Positions 51,848 through 63,429 are shown, counted from the first letter of the whole stretch. The stretch is DNA of 63,990 bases, filler included, from a bacterium (GCA_037439705.1; 3 parts of 3 records of this genome joined end to end with filler, not necessarily neighbours in it), one strand, 5' to 3'. Program-made: numbers and translations. The notes: a model not told the origin generated them from the sequence alone.

Positions 51848-52702
51848 TTATCCCTTTTCTATATCCCTGTGAAGGACCTTTACAGCATACCCTCTGTTTT
51901 TGAAAATTTCAGCAAGTTTTTCAACTACAAAAACTGACCTGTGTCTTCCTCCTGTGCAACCAATTCCAACGCTGAGATTTCTTCTACCTTCCTTCATGTA
52001 ATGAGAAATCATGACTTCAATAAAACCTTCAATGCTTCCTAAAATCTCTTTTGTTTCGGATTTCTCCGCAAGAAATTTTTTAACATCTTCATCAAGACCA
52101 CTCTTTTCTTTCATTTCGGGAATAAAAAAGGGATTTGGAAGCACCCTCGCATCAAACATCAAGTCTATATCCTGCGGAATTCCATACTTAAATCCAAATG
52201 AAAAAAACCGAAGGGTGAACAGATGAGCCCTTTCTTTCAGAATTTCAGTAATCCTTTCTCTCAATTTCGCAGGCGTCATTTCTGATGTATCTATTATTTC
52301 ATCTGCTATATCTCTGACAGACAAAAGAACTTCCCGTTCCTTTCTGATTGCTTCTTCAAGCGTTGATGCATCTAAGGGATGCTTTCTTCTTGTCTCTTTA
52401 AACCTTCTTATAAGAACAGAATCGGTGGCATCAAGAAAGAAAAGTTTTAGTGGAAAGCCCTTCTCCTTAAGCTCTTTGAAAAGGGGAAGAAAATCCTGAG
52501 GAAATCTCCTTTCTCTTATGTCCAGAACAAAAGCAATTTTTTCAATTGGTTCGGATGAATTAAGTATAAGTTCAATAAACTTTGGAATTAGGGGAACAGG
52601 AATATTATCAACGCAGTAAAATCCATTGTCTTCAAGGATGTGAACAAAGGAAGTCTTTCCTGAACCCGATGTGCCTGTAATTATGTATATCTCTGGCTTC
52701 AC
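51848..52702 (-). CDS. rapZ: RNase adapter RapZ (YvcJ/YhbJ)
   Basis: TGTSGSGKT, CVDNIP, ETRRKHPL, SFGFKYG, GCTGGRHRSV. Confidence 0.95.
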   Translation of the reverse strand: MKPEIYIITGTSGSGKTSFVHILEDNGFYCVDNIPVPLIPKFIELILNSSEPIEKIAFVLDIRERRFPQDFLPLFKELKEKGFPLKLFFLDATDSVLIRRFKETRRKHPLDASTLEEAIRKEREVLLSVRDIADEIIDTSEMTPAKLRERITEILKERAHLFTLRFFSFGFKYGIPQDIDLMFDARVLPNPFFIPEMKEKSGLDEDVKKFLAEKSETKEILGSIEGFIEVMISHYMKEGRRNLSVGIGCTGGRHRSVFVVEKLAEIFKNRGYAVKVLHRDIEKG

Positions 52703-52781
52703 AATTATTTAATAAATTTTTAACCAATCAGAAACTAAATTCAATTGAAAGAACCTCTGCCTTTTGATAGTTTGGTATATA

Positions 52782-53804
52782 ATGAAGATGACCTACAAAA
52801 AAGCAGGAGTGGACATTGAAAAGGCGGACAGATTTGTTAAGGAAATCAAAAAAATTTCAAAAAGAACTTTCAGAAAAGAACTGCTTCTCGGGATAGGTGG
52901 ATTTTCCGCCGCAATGAGTATTCCAAAAAATCTCAAATCCCCGCTCATTGTGTTTTCTACAGATGGAGTGGGAACAAAGCTTCTCCTTGCTGAAATGATG
53001 AACGATTTTTCAGGTGTAGGAATAGACCTGGTAGCGATGAATGTAAACGACATACTCACCGTCGGTGCAGAACCGATTTGCTTCCTTGATTACATCGGTA
53101 CAGCCCAACTTGAGGAGAAGAAAGCAGTTGAAATCATGAAAGGAATAGTGAAGGGTTGTGAAATGGCTGGATGTGCTCTTGCTGGAGGCGAAACTGCAGA
53201 GATGCCGGATATGTATCCGGTTGGAAGGTATGAACTTGTGGGTTTCGCCATAGGTGTTGTGGAAAGGGAGAAAATAATCACAGGAAAAAATGTAAAGGAA
53301 GGAGACATCGTTATAGGACTCTCTTCATCCGGTATTCACTCAAACGGCTATTCCCTCGCAAGAAAGGTCCTGCTCAAAAAATATAATTTAGATGAAAAAT
53401 TGAAATGCCTCAAAAGAAAACTCGGAGAAGAACTGCTCATTCCAACAAAAATATATGTAAAGCCAGTTCTCAAAGCATTAAAAAAGGGAAGAAAAATCAG
53501 GGCAATGGCGCACATTACGGGTGGAGGAATACCCGGAAACCTTTCAAGGGTTATTCCGGAAGGGCTTTTTGCAGAGCTCAAAAAAACATCCTGGGAAGTG
53601 CCTGAAATTTTCAAAATTATACAGGAAGCAGGAAAAATTGAAGATTCTGAAATGTTCAGGACGTTCAACATGGGAATTGGATTTATAATGGTTTCTGACA
53701 GAAAGGAGGCTGAGAACATCGTTATTGATTTTGAAAATGAAGGAGAAAAAGCAGTAATCATAGGAGAAATTAAAAAAGGGAAAGGAGGTGTAAAAATTGT
53801 CTGA
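52782..53804 (+). CDS. purM: Phosphoribosylformylglycinamidine cyclo-ligase
   Basis: TYKKAGVDI, TDGVGTK, GGETAEMP, HSNGYSL, HITGGG, TFNMGIG. Confidence 0.97.
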   Translation: MKMTYKKAGVDIEKADRFVKEIKKISKRTFRKELLLGIGGFSAAMSIPKNLKSPLIVFSTDGVGTKLLLAEMMNDFSGVGIDLVAMNVNDILTVGAEPICFLDYIGTAQLEEKKAVEIMKGIVKGCEMAGCALAGGETAEMPDMYPVGRYELVGFAIGVVEREKIITGKNVKEGDIVIGLSSSGIHSNGYSLARKVLLKKYNLDEKLKCLKRKLGEELLIPTKIYVKPVLKALKKGRKIRAMAHITGGGIPGNLSRVIPEGLFAELKKTSWEVPEIFKIIQEAGKIEDSEMFRTFNMGIGFIMVSDRKEAENIVIDFENEGEKAVIIGEIKKGKGGVKIV

Positions 53805-54465
53805 AAAAAAGTTAAAACTTGGAGTTCTGGTTTCTGGAAGTGGAACAAATCTTCAGGCAATAATAGATGCCTGTGAAACTGGAAAAATTCCGGCTGAGGT
53901 CAGGGTTGTTGTGAGCAACAAACCAGGTGTTTTTGCTCTTAAAAGGGCTAAAAGGCACGGAATACCGAACTATGTGGTGGACCACAGAAATTACGAAAAG
54001 AGAGAGGATTTTGAAAGGGAGGTAATAAAAATCCTCAATGAGCACGAAGTAGAACTTGTATGCCTTGCAGGATTCATGAGGGTTCTAACCCCGTTTTTCC
54101 TGAGGACTTTTCCTCAAAGGGTAATAAATATACATCCAGCCATTCTTCCATCTTTTCCCGGAGTAAATGCTCAAAAACAGGCTCTTGATTATGGAGTAAA
54201 ATTCAGCGGTTGCACAGTCCATTTTGTTGATGAAGGGGTTGATACAGGTCCAATAATAATTCAGGCAGTTGTTCCTGTATATGATGATGATACTGAAGAA
54301 TCTTTAAGAGAAAGAATTTTAAAGGAGGAGCACAGGATATATCAGATGGCTATCAAACTCATTGCAGAAGGAAGGGTAAGAGTTGATGGAAGAAAAATTA
54401 AAACCCTAACTGAAAAACCACCTTCTCAAGCCCTGCACAATCCTCCTCTTGATGAAGGGCTGTAA
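53797..54465 (+). CDS. purN: Phosphoribosylglycinamide formyltransferase
   Basis: SGSGTNLQA, LAGFMRVL, NIHPAILP, GCTVHFVDEGVDTGPII. Confidence 0.97.
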   Translation: MSEKKLKLGVLVSGSGTNLQAIIDACETGKIPAEVRVVVSNKPGVFALKRAKRHGIPNYVVDHRNYEKREDFEREVIKILNEHEVELVCLAGFMRVLTPFFLRTFPQRVINIHPAILPSFPGVNAQKQALDYGVKFSGCTVHFVDEGVDTGPIIIQAVVPVYDDDTEESLRERILKEEHRIYQMAIKLIAEGRVRVDGRKIKTLTEKPPSQALHNPPLDEGL

Positions 54466-54499
54466 AAAAGAGGGAAAACCTGTCAATTAACGAAAAATT

Positions 54500-54856
54500 T
54501 TAGATTTTCTCTAAAAGGGATATTATGTTTTCTTTTTTAAACGGCTTTATTATAAACTTCTGTGCTCCTGCATTTATAGCATCCATTATGAGTTTTTCCT
54601 GTCCAAGAGCGCTCATGAGCACAATTTTTATGTGTGGAAATCTTTTTTTTATATCTATCATAGCCTCAATTCCGTTTTTCCCTGGCATAACAATATCCAT
54701 TATAATCAGTTCAGGAAGAAGTTTCTCAGTCAATTCAATTGCTTCAATCCCATTCTTGGCTTCACCCACTACTGTATGTCCATTATCTTCTATTATTTCT
54801 CGTAAAGCCTTCCTTATATAAGAGGTATCATCAACTATTAGTATTCTCTTACCCAC
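54500..54856 (-). CDS. CheY-like single-domain response regulator
   Basis: ILIVDD, MDIVMP, SALGQ, FIIKPF. Confidence 0.9.
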   Translation of the reverse strand: MGKRILIVDDTSYIRKALREIIEDNGHTVVGEAKNGIEAIELTEKLLPELIIMDIVMPGKNGIEAMIDIKKRFPHIKIVLMSALGQEKLIMDAINAGAQKFIIKPFKKENIISLLEKI

Positions 54857-54952
54857 ATTGAAAATCTTACAAAAAAATTTTTTAAAATCAAATGCTGAAA
54901 TGTCTTGAAAGATGAGCGATTATAAGTTATGATAAATAAAAAGGAGGTTTGA

Positions 54953-55621
54953 TTGAAAATTACCTTAAAAGGGGTGGTTCTGATAACTTTTATATTTCAA
55001 ATTGCACGAGCGGAAGATATCCATCCGGACTTTAAAATCCCAAAGGTAAGAGAAATTTTTGATGAAAATGTATCAAAGATGCTTGAGAGGGGCAATCTGA
55101 TAATTGTCCACAAAAAGCCTTCTCCAGAACTTCCCATCTTTGTATCAGCAGGAACCCTGGTAAACGCTCCTGTTGAAAAGGTATGGAAGGTGATAACAGA
55201 TTATGAAAAATATCCTGAATTTGTTCCACAGGTTGAGGATGTAAAAATTAAAAAACTTGGAGAAAATGAGATTGGAGTAACATACTCTCTTTCTTTTAAA
55301 TTTACCGTAATAAAACTAAAGGCTCGCTATACTCTTCACACGAGACTCTATCCTCCAACAGATGTGTGGTGGACTCTAAAGAAGGACGAAAAAAATGATA
55401 TTGAAGAGGCTATGGGAAGATGGGAGTTAATACCAATTGACAAAAACAAAACTGCTGCTTTTTATACAATTTATTCACACCTTCAATCAATGGGCAGATT
55501 GATGAGATTCTTTCTTAAACAGGAACCCCATCTTGAAGTTACAATTCCTGTATCAACTGGGAGCGTTATGGTGGAAGCAGTGAAAAAAAGGGTTGAGGAG
55601 AACTACACAAAAGAAAAATAG
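54953..55621 (+). CDS. Exported SRPBCC (START/polyketide cyclase-like) protein
   Basis: Signal peptide; VNAPVEKVWKVITDYEKYPEFVP; SD AGGAGG. Confidence 0.75.
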   Translation: MKITLKGVVLITFIFQIARAEDIHPDFKIPKVREIFDENVSKMLERGNLIIVHKKPSPELPIFVSAGTLVNAPVEKVWKVITDYEKYPEFVPQVEDVKIKKLGENEIGVTYSLSFKFTVIKLKARYTLHTRLYPPTDVWWTLKKDEKNDIEEAMGRWELIPIDKNKTAAFYTIYSHLQSMGRLMRFFLKQEPHLEVTIPVSTGSVMVEAVKKRVEENYTKEK

Positions 55622-56352
55622 GTTATTGTTGAAAGAAAAAAACCTATTACAGAAAAATAAACTTTGTGCCTTACAAGTATTGTTGCTGATTTAAGAAGAA
55701 AACCTATCTCAAAAAAGAGAAGTGATAAAAGGACATAAATAAGGTCCAGGGTAATATGTTCTGATGGAGCAAAAATCAAAGAGAAAAGGAATATAAAAAA
55801 AATTGTCTTTATTGCCCTCCACATCCAGCGCATCAGGTTTGAGAAAAATTGCCCTTCACCCTTAATTATCTCTTCTTCAAGAAACTTAATACCGCTCATT
55901 GTAATAAGGAATAAGAGAAGGTTGAAAGGAATTTTTAAGGATGGAAGGATAAATGTGAGAAAAAGACAGAGGGATAAAAATTTTAAAAAAAAATTTCCTC
56001 GCAGGAGCACAATAAGGATTGACAAAAAAACTGGAAAAGGAGCAGAAATTTCTTTTAATGATGATGGAAACGGAAAAATGGGAATATAACCTTCTGAAGA
56101 ATTTAAAAGAAAAAAAATGGCAGGAAGGAGGGCAAAAAAGAGATTGAAAAAACTCAACCCCTCTTCTCTTTTAAAATACCTGTAAATTATGAACGCACTT
56201 ACTGATAAAAGGGGCAAAAAATAAAGGTCTTCTTCAAGAATCTGAAAGGAAAAAATAACGGGTGGAAGAAAAAAGAGTTTTGATTTCGGAAATAAAATTG
56301 CGTAAAGCAGAATCAAGCCTGTCAAAAATGCAAAAATTCCAAAATAATTCAC
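55603..56352 (-). CDS. Hypothetical polytopic membrane protein
   Basis: Highly hydrophobic; start overlaps the upstream SDR stop (ATGA). Confidence 0.55.
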   Translation of the reverse strand: MNYFGIFAFLTGLILLYAILFPKSKLFFLPPVIFSFQILEEDLYFLPLLSVSAFIIYRYFKREEGLSFFNLFFALLPAIFFLLNSSEGYIPIFPFPSSLKEISAPFPVFLSILIVLLRGNFFLKFLSLCLFLTFILPSLKIPFNLLLFLITMSGIKFLEEEIIKGEGQFFSNLMRWMWRAIKTIFFIFLFSLIFAPSEHITLDLIYVLLSLLFFEIGFLLKSATILVRHKVYFSVIGFFLSTITYFSFV

Positions 56353-57104
56353 CTTGCAGTCTCCCCTCCGTCTATTACAAACACAGAACCTGTAACAAAT
56401 GAACTCATATCCGAAGCCAGATAAATCACTATTCCAACTACTTCTTCAGGAGAAGCAAATCTCCTCAGTGGAATTCTCCTTATGAGCCTCTCCCTCATCT
56501 TTTCGTCCTCAAGGGCTTTTTTCGTCATTTCCGATGAAAAATAACCGGGAGCAACTGCATTCACAAGAATTCCGTAGGGTGCCCATTCAAGGGCGAGCGC
56601 TTTTGTAAAACCGATTACACCTGCTTTTGATGCACAATAAGCGGTAAGATTTGCCTCACCCTTTATTCCATTTATGGATGCTATATTTATAATTTTTCCG
56701 GAACGATTCCTCAGCATATACTTCCCAACTTCCTTTGAAAAAATGTATACGCTTTTCAGATTAGTATCTATTGTTCTGTCCCAGTCCTTTTCCTCCATAT
56801 CAAGGAGCGAGCGCACCTCCCCTATTCCCGCATTGTTAACAAGTATATCTATTCTGCCTGTTTCATCCACAAATTTTTGGATTGCCTTACTCACATCTTC
56901 ATAAATAGAAGCATCACCTTTAAGCACCATAACCCTTCCGCCAATTTCTTCAATTTCTCTTTTTAAGGCATTAAGAGCATCTTCACTCCTTGAAAAAAGT
57001 CCAACAAAAGCCCCTTCCCGCGCAAAAGAGAGTGCAATTTCCCTTCCCAGTCCCTTTGAACCACCTGTAATTATTGCAAATTTGCCTTCAAGGAGTTTTT
57101 TCAT
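56349..57104 (-). CDS. Classical short-chain dehydrogenase/reductase (FabG-like)
   Basis: TGGSKGLG, NNAG, YCASK, NAVAPG, IDGG. Confidence 0.9.
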   Translation of the reverse strand: MKKLLEGKFAIITGGSKGLGREIALSFAREGAFVGLFSRSEDALNALKREIEEIGGRVMVLKGDASIYEDVSKAIQKFVDETGRIDILVNNAGIGEVRSLLDMEEKDWDRTIDTNLKSVYIFSKEVGKYMLRNRSGKIINIASINGIKGEANLTAYCASKAGVIGFTKALALEWAPYGILVNAVAPGYFSSEMTKKALEDEKMRERLIRRIPLRRFASPEEVVGIVIYLASDMSSFVTGSVFVIDGGETAR

Positions 57105-57573
57105 ATTTTCTTAATTTTTTTATAATTGATGTAGTTGAAAATCCCTTAAGAACAGGGATCCTGACAACACGCCCTCCAAGACTTTCCACAATCTCCCTTC
57201 CAACAATTGAGTTCTTCTTCCAGTCTGAACCCTTAACAAGAACATCCGGTTCAATGGCTTTTATGAGTTTAAGTGGAGTATCCTCATCAAATATCACTAT
57301 GTAGTCAACAGCATCTACGGAAGAAAGAACGAAAGCCCTGTCCTTTTCTGAAAAAATGGGTCTTCCTTTTCCTTTTATCCTTCTTATTGAAGAATCCGAA
57401 TTCAGACCAACTATCAGAACATCACCGAGTTTCTTTGCCCTTTTCAAAAGGTGAATGTGCCCTTTATGGATGATATCAAAACAACCGTTTGTAAAAACTA
57501 CCTTTTTTCCTTCCTCCCTCAACCTCTTTCTTATATCCAGCATTTTCCTCAATGACAGAACTTTTGAGGGCAT
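57088..57573 (-). CDS. rfaE2: D-glycero-beta-D-manno-heptose 1-phosphate adenylyltransferase
   Basis: VFTNGCFDIIHKGH, GLNSDSS, KGKGRP, LVKGSDW, FSTTSII. Confidence 0.92.
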   Translation of the reverse strand: MPSKVLSLRKMLDIRKRLREEGKKVVFTNGCFDIIHKGHIHLLKRAKKLGDVLIVGLNSDSSIRRIKGKGRPIFSEKDRAFVLSSVDAVDYIVIFDEDTPLKLIKAIEPDVLVKGSDWKKNSIVGREIVESLGGRVVRIPVLKGFSTTSIIKKLRKYEKTP

Positions 57574-57585
57574 AAAATAATGATA

Positions 57586-57659
57586 CGCGCCTGGAGGGAC
57601 TCGAACCCCCAGCCCGCGGCTTAGAAGGCCGCAGCTCTATCCTGTTGAGCTACAGGCGC
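57586..57659 (-). tRNA. tRNA-Arg(TCT)
   Basis: GCGCCTG/CAGGCGC acceptor, anticodon arm GCGGC-CTTCTAA-GCCGC, GGTTCGAGTCC; CCA not encoded. Confidence 0.95.
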
Positions 57660-57843
57660 TTCAAAAAAGATATTACAAAATAATAGGTTTTTTTTCAAAT
57701 CCATGTACAAGTTTATATACTTATGCGACATTTTATGGGTTTGAATGAGATAATTTAAGGGGCTTTTTGAACAAAGGGATCTGTTTTATCACTCCCTCTC
57801 CCCCTTAATCTCGCACATATCTTAACTTTTCAAAAAAATCCAG

Positions 57844-58458
57844 CTACTTAAATTTGAATGAAAAATTGTGAAGAAATTTCAGCCCTTCCACCTGACTCTT
57901 TTCGGGATGAAACTGGGTGCCCGCTATGTTTTCATACTCAACAGTGGAAACAAATTTTATGAAATAATCAGTTTCACCAAGAACAATTTCTTCATTTTCC
58001 GGAGCGACATAATAGGAATGGACAAAATAAAAATAAGAAGGATTTTCTATACCATCAAAAAGAACAGATTCTTTCTTTAAATTCACCGTATTCCAGCCCA
58101 CATGCGGAATCCTTATGTCAGGGAGTTCAGGAAATTTCCTTACCCTTCCTTTAAAGAAACTTAAGCCTTTTATTCCTGCTGATTCCTCACTTTCCTCAAA
58201 AAGGAGTTGAAAGCCAAGACATATACCGAGAAATGGTCTTCCTTTCTTCACAAAATCACTCAATGCATCATCAAATCCGTATTTTTTGAGGTTATTCATG
58301 GCATCCCCGAATGCGCCAACTCCTGGAAGAATAATTTTATCGTAATTTTTCACCTCATCAGGAGATGAGATAATAGAAGCATCAACTGATACCCTCCTCA
58401 ATCCTGTAAGAACGCTTCTCAGGTTTCCCATTCCGTAGTCAATAATTCCTACCTTCAA
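57844..58458 (-). CDS. hisH: Imidazole glycerol phosphate synthase glutaminase subunit
   Basis: [33 protein letters not shown]. Confidence 0.97.
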   Translation of the reverse strand: MKVGIIDYGMGNLRSVLTGLRRVSVDASIISSPDEVKNYDKIILPGVGAFGDAMNNLKKYGFDDALSDFVKKGRPFLGICLGFQLLFEESEESAGIKGLSFFKGRVRKFPELPDIRIPHVGWNTVNLKKESVLFDGIENPSYFYFVHSYYVAPENEEIVLGETDYFIKFVSTVEYENIAGTQFHPEKSQVEGLKFLHNFSFKFK

Positions 58459-59028
58459 AGCACACCCTTTGTAGAAGAAACACCTTTCCTCAATGGTAAA
58501 ACAGCCCTCCTCAAAGCAACTGCAAGGGCTTTGAAAATACCCTCAACTATGTGGTGTTTGTTCCTTCCGTAGTGAAGATTGACATGGAGCGTAATACCTG
58601 CCTTCATTACAAATCCCTGAAGAAATGTTTCAACAAGTTCCATATCAAAACTTCCAATCCTGCCCTTTTTATCTACATTNNNNNNNNNNNNNNNNNNNNN
58701 NNNNNNNNNNNNNNNNNNNNNNNAGGCTTTCATCCATTGGAACTGTTGCATCTCCAAATCTTGCTATTCCTTCTTCTTTAGCAATGGCTTTTGAAAATGC
58801 TTCACCGAGAGCAATTCCCACATCTTCAACCGTATGATGGAGGTCAACATGTGTATCTCCTCTTGCCTTTATTTCAATATCAATTTTTGAATGGAAGGAT
58901 AAAAGCTCAAGCATGTGCACCAGAAACGGAACAGGAATATCTATCTTTGATTTCCCATTTCCCCTAAGGTTCATTTTTACCTGAACCTCAACCTCTTTTG
59001 TTTTTCTCTCCACGGTTATGCTCTTCAT
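58455..59028 (-). CDS. hisB: Imidazoleglycerol-phosphate dehydratase, spanning an N gap (58680-58723)
   Basis: [18 protein letters not shown] before the gap; [19 protein letters not shown] after. Confidence 0.95.
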
Positions 59029-60299
59029 TTTATCCTCTCCTTTATTGCTGAAGCGTGAGCAAAAAGCCCCTCACACTCAGCAAGAATGAGCGCATATCTT
59101 CCCAGATTTTTAAGGGATTTCTTATCAAAAGAAACAATGTTCATACCCTTTACAAAGTCCATTGCTGAAAGGGTGCTCTGAAATCTCGCCATACCTCCTG
59201 TTGGAAGGGTATGATTAGGTCCTGCAATGTAATCCCCTATGGACTCTGGCGTATAGGCTCCAACAAATACCGTTCCTGCGTTTCTACATCTTTCAAGAAC
59301 CCTCTGTGGATTTTTTAAAGCAAGGGAAAGATGCTCGGGAGCAAACCTGTTGAGAATCTCAATTCCATCGTCAAGGTTACTGACAATATAACAGGTTCCT
59401 TTTTCACGGATTGCTCTCTCTGCTATTTTCTTTCTCGGAGAATTCTTAAGGAGCTCTTCAAGATGTCCCAAAACTTCCTGAGCAAATTCTTTTGATGTGG
59501 TAACCAGCACAGGAACTGCATTTTCATCGTGTTCAGCCTGAGAAAGAAGGTCAATAGCCACAAACTCTGGAGAAACTGAGCCATCCGTAAGGACTAAAAT
59601 CTCAGATGGACCTGCAAACATATCTATGCCAACATATCTTGAAGCCTCCCTTTTCGCTAAAGCAACATATATGTTTCCTGGTCCGGTAATTTTGTCAACC
59701 TGTGGAACTGTTTCTGTTCCAAAGGTGAAACTCGCTATTGCATGGGCACCGCCCATAAGAAAAATTCCATCAACCCCCGAGATTATGCAGGAATAGAGAA
59801 TTGCAGGGTTTAGAGAATCCGGTTTTGAAGGGGTTGCAACAAAAATCTCCTTAACGCCTGCTATCCTCGCTGGAACAGCATTCATCAAAAGGGTGGAAGG
59901 ATAAACCGCCTTTCCACCGGGCACATATATTCCAACCTTTTCAAGTGGAATAATCCTGAGACTGAGGTTAATGCCATTTTCTTTTATTGTGAAGGATTTG
60001 GGAACTGTCCTTTTATGAAATTTCTCAATCCTTTTTTTAGCCACATCAATGGCTTCTTTTAGGGTTTTATCAATTCCGATGAACCTTTTTTTAATCTCGG
60101 TCTTTGAAATATATATCTCCTTGATAGAAGAAGGGTGCCATCCATCGTATTTTCGGATATACTTAAGAAGCGCTGAATCTCCATTTTCTCTAATATCATC
60201 AAAAACTTTTTTTACAAACCTCTCAATAGTTCTGCTTATTACAGTTTCTTCTCTTCTTATCAAAAATTCCTGAGGATTTTTAACTTCAATAAACTTCAT
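59025..60299 (-). CDS. hisD: Histidinol dehydrogenase
   Basis: [37 protein letters not shown]. Confidence 0.97.
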   Translation of the reverse strand: MKFIEVKNPQEFLIRREETVISRTIERFVKKVFDDIRENGDSALLKYIRKYDGWHPSSIKEIYISKTEIKKRFIGIDKTLKEAIDVAKKRIEKFHKRTVPKSFTIKENGINLSLRIIPLEKVGIYVPGGKAVYPSTLLMNAVPARIAGVKEIFVATPSKPDSLNPAILYSCIISGVDGIFLMGGAHAIASFTFGTETVPQVDKITGPGNIYVALAKREASRYVGIDMFAGPSEILVLTDGSVSPEFVAIDLLSQAEHDENAVPVLVTTSKEFAQEVLGHLEELLKNSPRKKIAERAIREKGTCYIVSNLDDGIEILNRFAPEHLSLALKNPQRVLERCRNAGTVFVGAYTPESIGDYIAGPNHTLPTGGMARFQSTLSAMDFVKGMNIVSFDKKSLKNLGRYALILAECEGLFAHASAIKERIK

Positions 60300-60300
60300 T

Positions 60301-61557
60301 TTAAACCCCTTCTTCCTTTTCTCTCTTTACTTCAGCACCAAGCAAAGAAAGTTTTTCATCCACTCTTTCATAACCCCTTTCAAGATGATATATCCTTGAA
60401 ACCACGGTCTCTCCTTTTGCCATGAGCCCTGCTATAACAAGGGAGGCTGATGCTCTGAGGTCTGTAGCCATTAAGTATGCCCCTTTAAGTTCTTTAACAC
60501 CTCTAACAACTGCAACGGATTCCTTCACCTTTATATCTGCACCCATCCTTGCAAGCTCTGCTGCATGAAGGAATCTGTTTTCAAAAATTGTCTCTTTTAT
60601 TAAACTTGTTCCTTCTGCTACTGAAAGCATTGCTATAAATTGAGCCTGCATATCTGTAGGAAAACCCGGATACGGGCTTGTCACTATTTCAATGGGCTTT
60701 ATCCTTCCTCCTTCAACTATTACAGAATCTTTCCCGATTTCAAGCCTTGCTCCGCTCTCTTCAAGTTTCTTTAAAACAGCGGTCAGATGTTCAGGTATCA
60801 CTCCCTTCACCTCAACCCTTCCTCCTGTCGCAGCACCTGCTACCAAATATGTCCCTGCTTCTATCCTGTCGGGAATGATAGAATATTCATCACATTTTAA
60901 CGAACTTGAAGGATGAACCTTCAATCTCCTTCCATCCCTTTCTATTCTTGCTCCTGCAAGGTTCAAAAAGTTTATGAGGTCATCAACTTCAGGTTCCAGC
61001 GCCGAATTCTCTATAATGGTTATCCCATCTGCCAGAACAGAGGCAAGAAGAATGTTTTCTGTTCCTGTTACACTTACAACATCAAAATTTATTTCATTTC
61101 CCATCAATTTTTTAGAAGTCGCTTCTATGTATCCATCCTTTATCTCAACATCTGCCCCCAGTTTTTTCAATCCTTTTATGTGCTGATCAATAGGTCTAAC
61201 CCCGATGGCACATCCTCCCGGAAATGAAACCCTTGCCCTTCCATATTTTCCAACTAAAGCGCCGAGAACGAGAATAGATGCCCTCATCTGTTTCACTAAA
61301 TGATACGGGGCTTCTATCCTCTTCAGGTTCCTCGCATCTATGAAAAGGGAATTTCCGTCAAAATGAACTTCTGCACCCATATATTGAAGGAGTTCGCACA
61401 TAGTCCTTGTGTCTCTCAGGTCAGGAAGATTTCTAATTCTCACCGTACTATCAAGAATTATTGAACCTGCCATTATGGGAAGAAGGGCATTCTTTGAACC
61501 GCTTATTCTAACAGAACCTTCAAGGGGTTTACCTCCTTTTATCCTGTAAACAGTCAT
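60301..61557 (-). CDS. murA: UDP-N-acetylglucosamine 1-carboxyvinyltransferase
   Basis: SGSKNA, MRASIL, PGGCAIGVRP, PGFPTDMQ, DLRA. Confidence 0.97.
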   Translation of the reverse strand: MTVYRIKGGKPLEGSVRISGSKNALLPIMAGSIILDSTVRIRNLPDLRDTRTMCELLQYMGAEVHFDGNSLFIDARNLKRIEAPYHLVKQMRASILVLGALVGKYGRARVSFPGGCAIGVRPIDQHIKGLKKLGADVEIKDGYIEATSKKLMGNEINFDVVSVTGTENILLASVLADGITIIENSALEPEVDDLINFLNLAGARIERDGRRLKVHPSSSLKCDEYSIIPDRIEAGTYLVAGAATGGRVEVKGVIPEHLTAVLKKLEESGARLEIGKDSVIVEGGRIKPIEIVTSPYPGFPTDMQAQFIAMLSVAEGTSLIKETIFENRFLHAAELARMGADIKVKESVAVVRGVKELKGAYLMATDLRASASLVIAGLMAKGETVVSRIYHLERGYERVDEKLSLLGAEVKREKEEGV

Positions 61558-62381
61558 CCTTTCCTCAAAATAAGAACACGCTCCTTTCCAGCGAGGTCTT
61601 TCACGGTCCAGAAGGAAGATACCCTTATTTCACTCCTTATCCTTTCCATCTGTCCTTCTCCAATTTCAATCATAATATAACCTCCATTTTTGAGGTATTC
61701 CAGACTTTCCCTCAAAATCCTTTTTATGAACTCATCTCCATCCTTTCCAGCCACAAGAGAAGAAACCGGCTCAAAATGAAGTTCGGGATTCTCAAGGAAT
61801 TCTGAATAAGAAAGATATGGTGGATTTGAAAGAATCATATCGAATGTTTCATACTTAAACTGAGAAAAACAATCCCCGCAGATTAAAAAAATTCTATTAT
61901 CAAGTCCGTAATTTTTTAGATTTTTTTCTGCAACCATCAGAGCATCATTGGAAATGTCCGAGGCATAAATCTCAGAACCCGGAGAATTCATAGAAAATGC
62001 AATTGCTATTGCGCCTGAACCCGTTCCAAGGTCAAGAACCCTTGATGAAGGATTTGGACTAAGCTTTAAAGCAGATTCAACGAGTATCTCTGTTTCAGGT
62101 CTCGGGATGAAACACCTTTTATCAACATAAAGAGGAATTGAGAAAAATTCTTTGTTTCCTATTATGTAAGCCACTGGCTCGTCCTTTAATCTCCTTAAAA
62201 CCATATCATAAAAAATTTTATACTCCCTATCCCCTATCTCCCTTTCCGGATGTGCGATTATAAACTCCCTTTTCAAACCTGTCGCATAAGAAAGAAGGAT
62301 TTCAACCTCAAACTTGTCAAGACCAATTTCCTCATCAAAGATATCACGAATTTTTTGACAGCTTTTCAATTTCCATTGCAT
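61554..62381 (-). CDS. prmC: Release factor glutamine methyltransferase
   Basis: EPVAYI, IPRPETE, DLGTGSG, SNPPY. Confidence 0.95.
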   Translation of the reverse strand: MQWKLKSCQKIRDIFDEEIGLDKFEVEILLSYATGLKREFIIAHPEREIGDREYKIFYDMVLRRLKDEPVAYIIGNKEFFSIPLYVDKRCFIPRPETEILVESALKLSPNPSSRVLDLGTGSGAIAIAFSMNSPGSEIYASDISNDALMVAEKNLKNYGLDNRIFLICGDCFSQFKYETFDMILSNPPYLSYSEFLENPELHFEPVSSLVAGKDGDEFIKRILRESLEYLKNGGYIMIEIGEGQMERIRSEIRVSSFWTVKDLAGKERVLILRKG

Positions 62382-63429
62382 TAAAATGCTCTCTCAATTT
62401 TTCAATCAACTCATTTAGTTCACCATCAATAAATTCCTTGAGATTATAATCAGTCCAGTCTATCCTGTGGTCGGTTACTCTGTTCTGCGGAAAGTTGTAT
62501 GTTCTTATTTTTTCACTCCTTTCAGCCCTTCCAACCTGCATTCTCCTCATTGAACTTATTTTCTCCATACTTTCAGTTTCCATTCTTTCCTTTAATTTAG
62601 CGTAAAGAATCTTCAATGCCTTTGCCTTGTTCCTGTGCTGGGATTTTTCATCCTGACAGTGAACGCTTATGCCTGTTGGTATGTGCATTATTCGGACAGC
62701 AGATTCAGTTTTATTGACATGCTGTCCACCATGCCCTGATGCACGAAATGTCTCAATCCTCAATTCATCAGGTGAAATTTTTACATCAACCTCATCAGCC
62801 TCCGGAAGAACTGCAACAGTGCATGTGGATGTATGGATTCTACCTGAAGATTCAGTAACAGGAACCCTCTGAACCCTGTGCACTCCACTTTCATATTTCA
62901 AGATGCTGTATGCCCCCTTTCCTTCTATGAGAACTATTACCTCCTTGTATCCCTTGAGTCCTGTTGTATTCGCTGAAAGAATCTCGGTCTTCCATCCTTT
63001 CCTTTCCGCAAACCTAAGATACATCCTCAAAAGGTCTGCTGCGAACAGACTTGCCTCCTCTCCGCCTGTTCCAGCCCTCATCTCAAGGATAACATTCCTA
63101 TCATCCATCGGATCTTTCGGTATCAACAATTCCTTGATTTTTTTCGAAATTTTTTCTATCTTGTCAGAAATCCTTTCCAGTTCCTGTTTTGCATCATCCC
63201 TTATAGATGGGTCTTCTTCGCACAGGGCTTTCAGTTCTTCGTACTCCCTTATAAAATTCCTGTATTGCCTCAAGGAAAGGACAATTTCCTCTATTTCAGC
63301 CCTTTCCTTCATAACCTCCGCATATTTCCTCCCCTCCAGTTTTTCATTCTCAATAATCCTTGTAAGTTCTTCGTATCTATCCTCTATCTTTTGAATGCGC
63401 TCAAGAAGATTTTGAGGAAGTTTTTCCAT
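62344..63429 (-). CDS. prfA: Peptide chain release factor 1
   Basis: [18 protein letters not shown] (PxT), [11 protein letters not shown]. Confidence 0.97.
   Translation of the reverse strand: MEKLPQNLLERIQKIEDRYEELTRIIENEKLEGRKYAEVMKERAEIEEIVLSLRQYRNFIREYEELKALCEEDPSIRDDAKQELERISDKIEKISKKIKELLIPKDPMDDRNVILEMRAGTGGEEASLFAADLLRMYLRFAERKGWKTEILSANTTGLKGYKEVIVLIEGKGAYSILKYESGVHRVQRVPVTESSGRIHTSTCTVAVLPEADEVDVKISPDELRIETFRASGHGGQHVNKTESAVRIMHIPTGISVHCQDEKSQHRNKAKALKILYAKLKERMETESMEKISSMRRMQVGRAERSEKIRTYNFPQNRVTDHRIDWTDYNLKEFIDGELNELIEKLREHFNAMEIEKLSKNS

Noticed and set aside
57747-57812. Imperfect long hairpin (TTAAGGGG...CCCCTTAA) downstream of hisH
   Set aside because: Weak, interrupted pairing; cannot distinguish terminator, repeat remnant or chance
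58680-58723. hisB appearing as two ORFs
   Set aside because: N gap of approximate length; the halves are collinear
57844-61557. hisG, hisA and hisF missing from the murA-hisD-hisB-hisH cluster
   Set aside because: Scattered his genes are common; absence cannot be judged from one window
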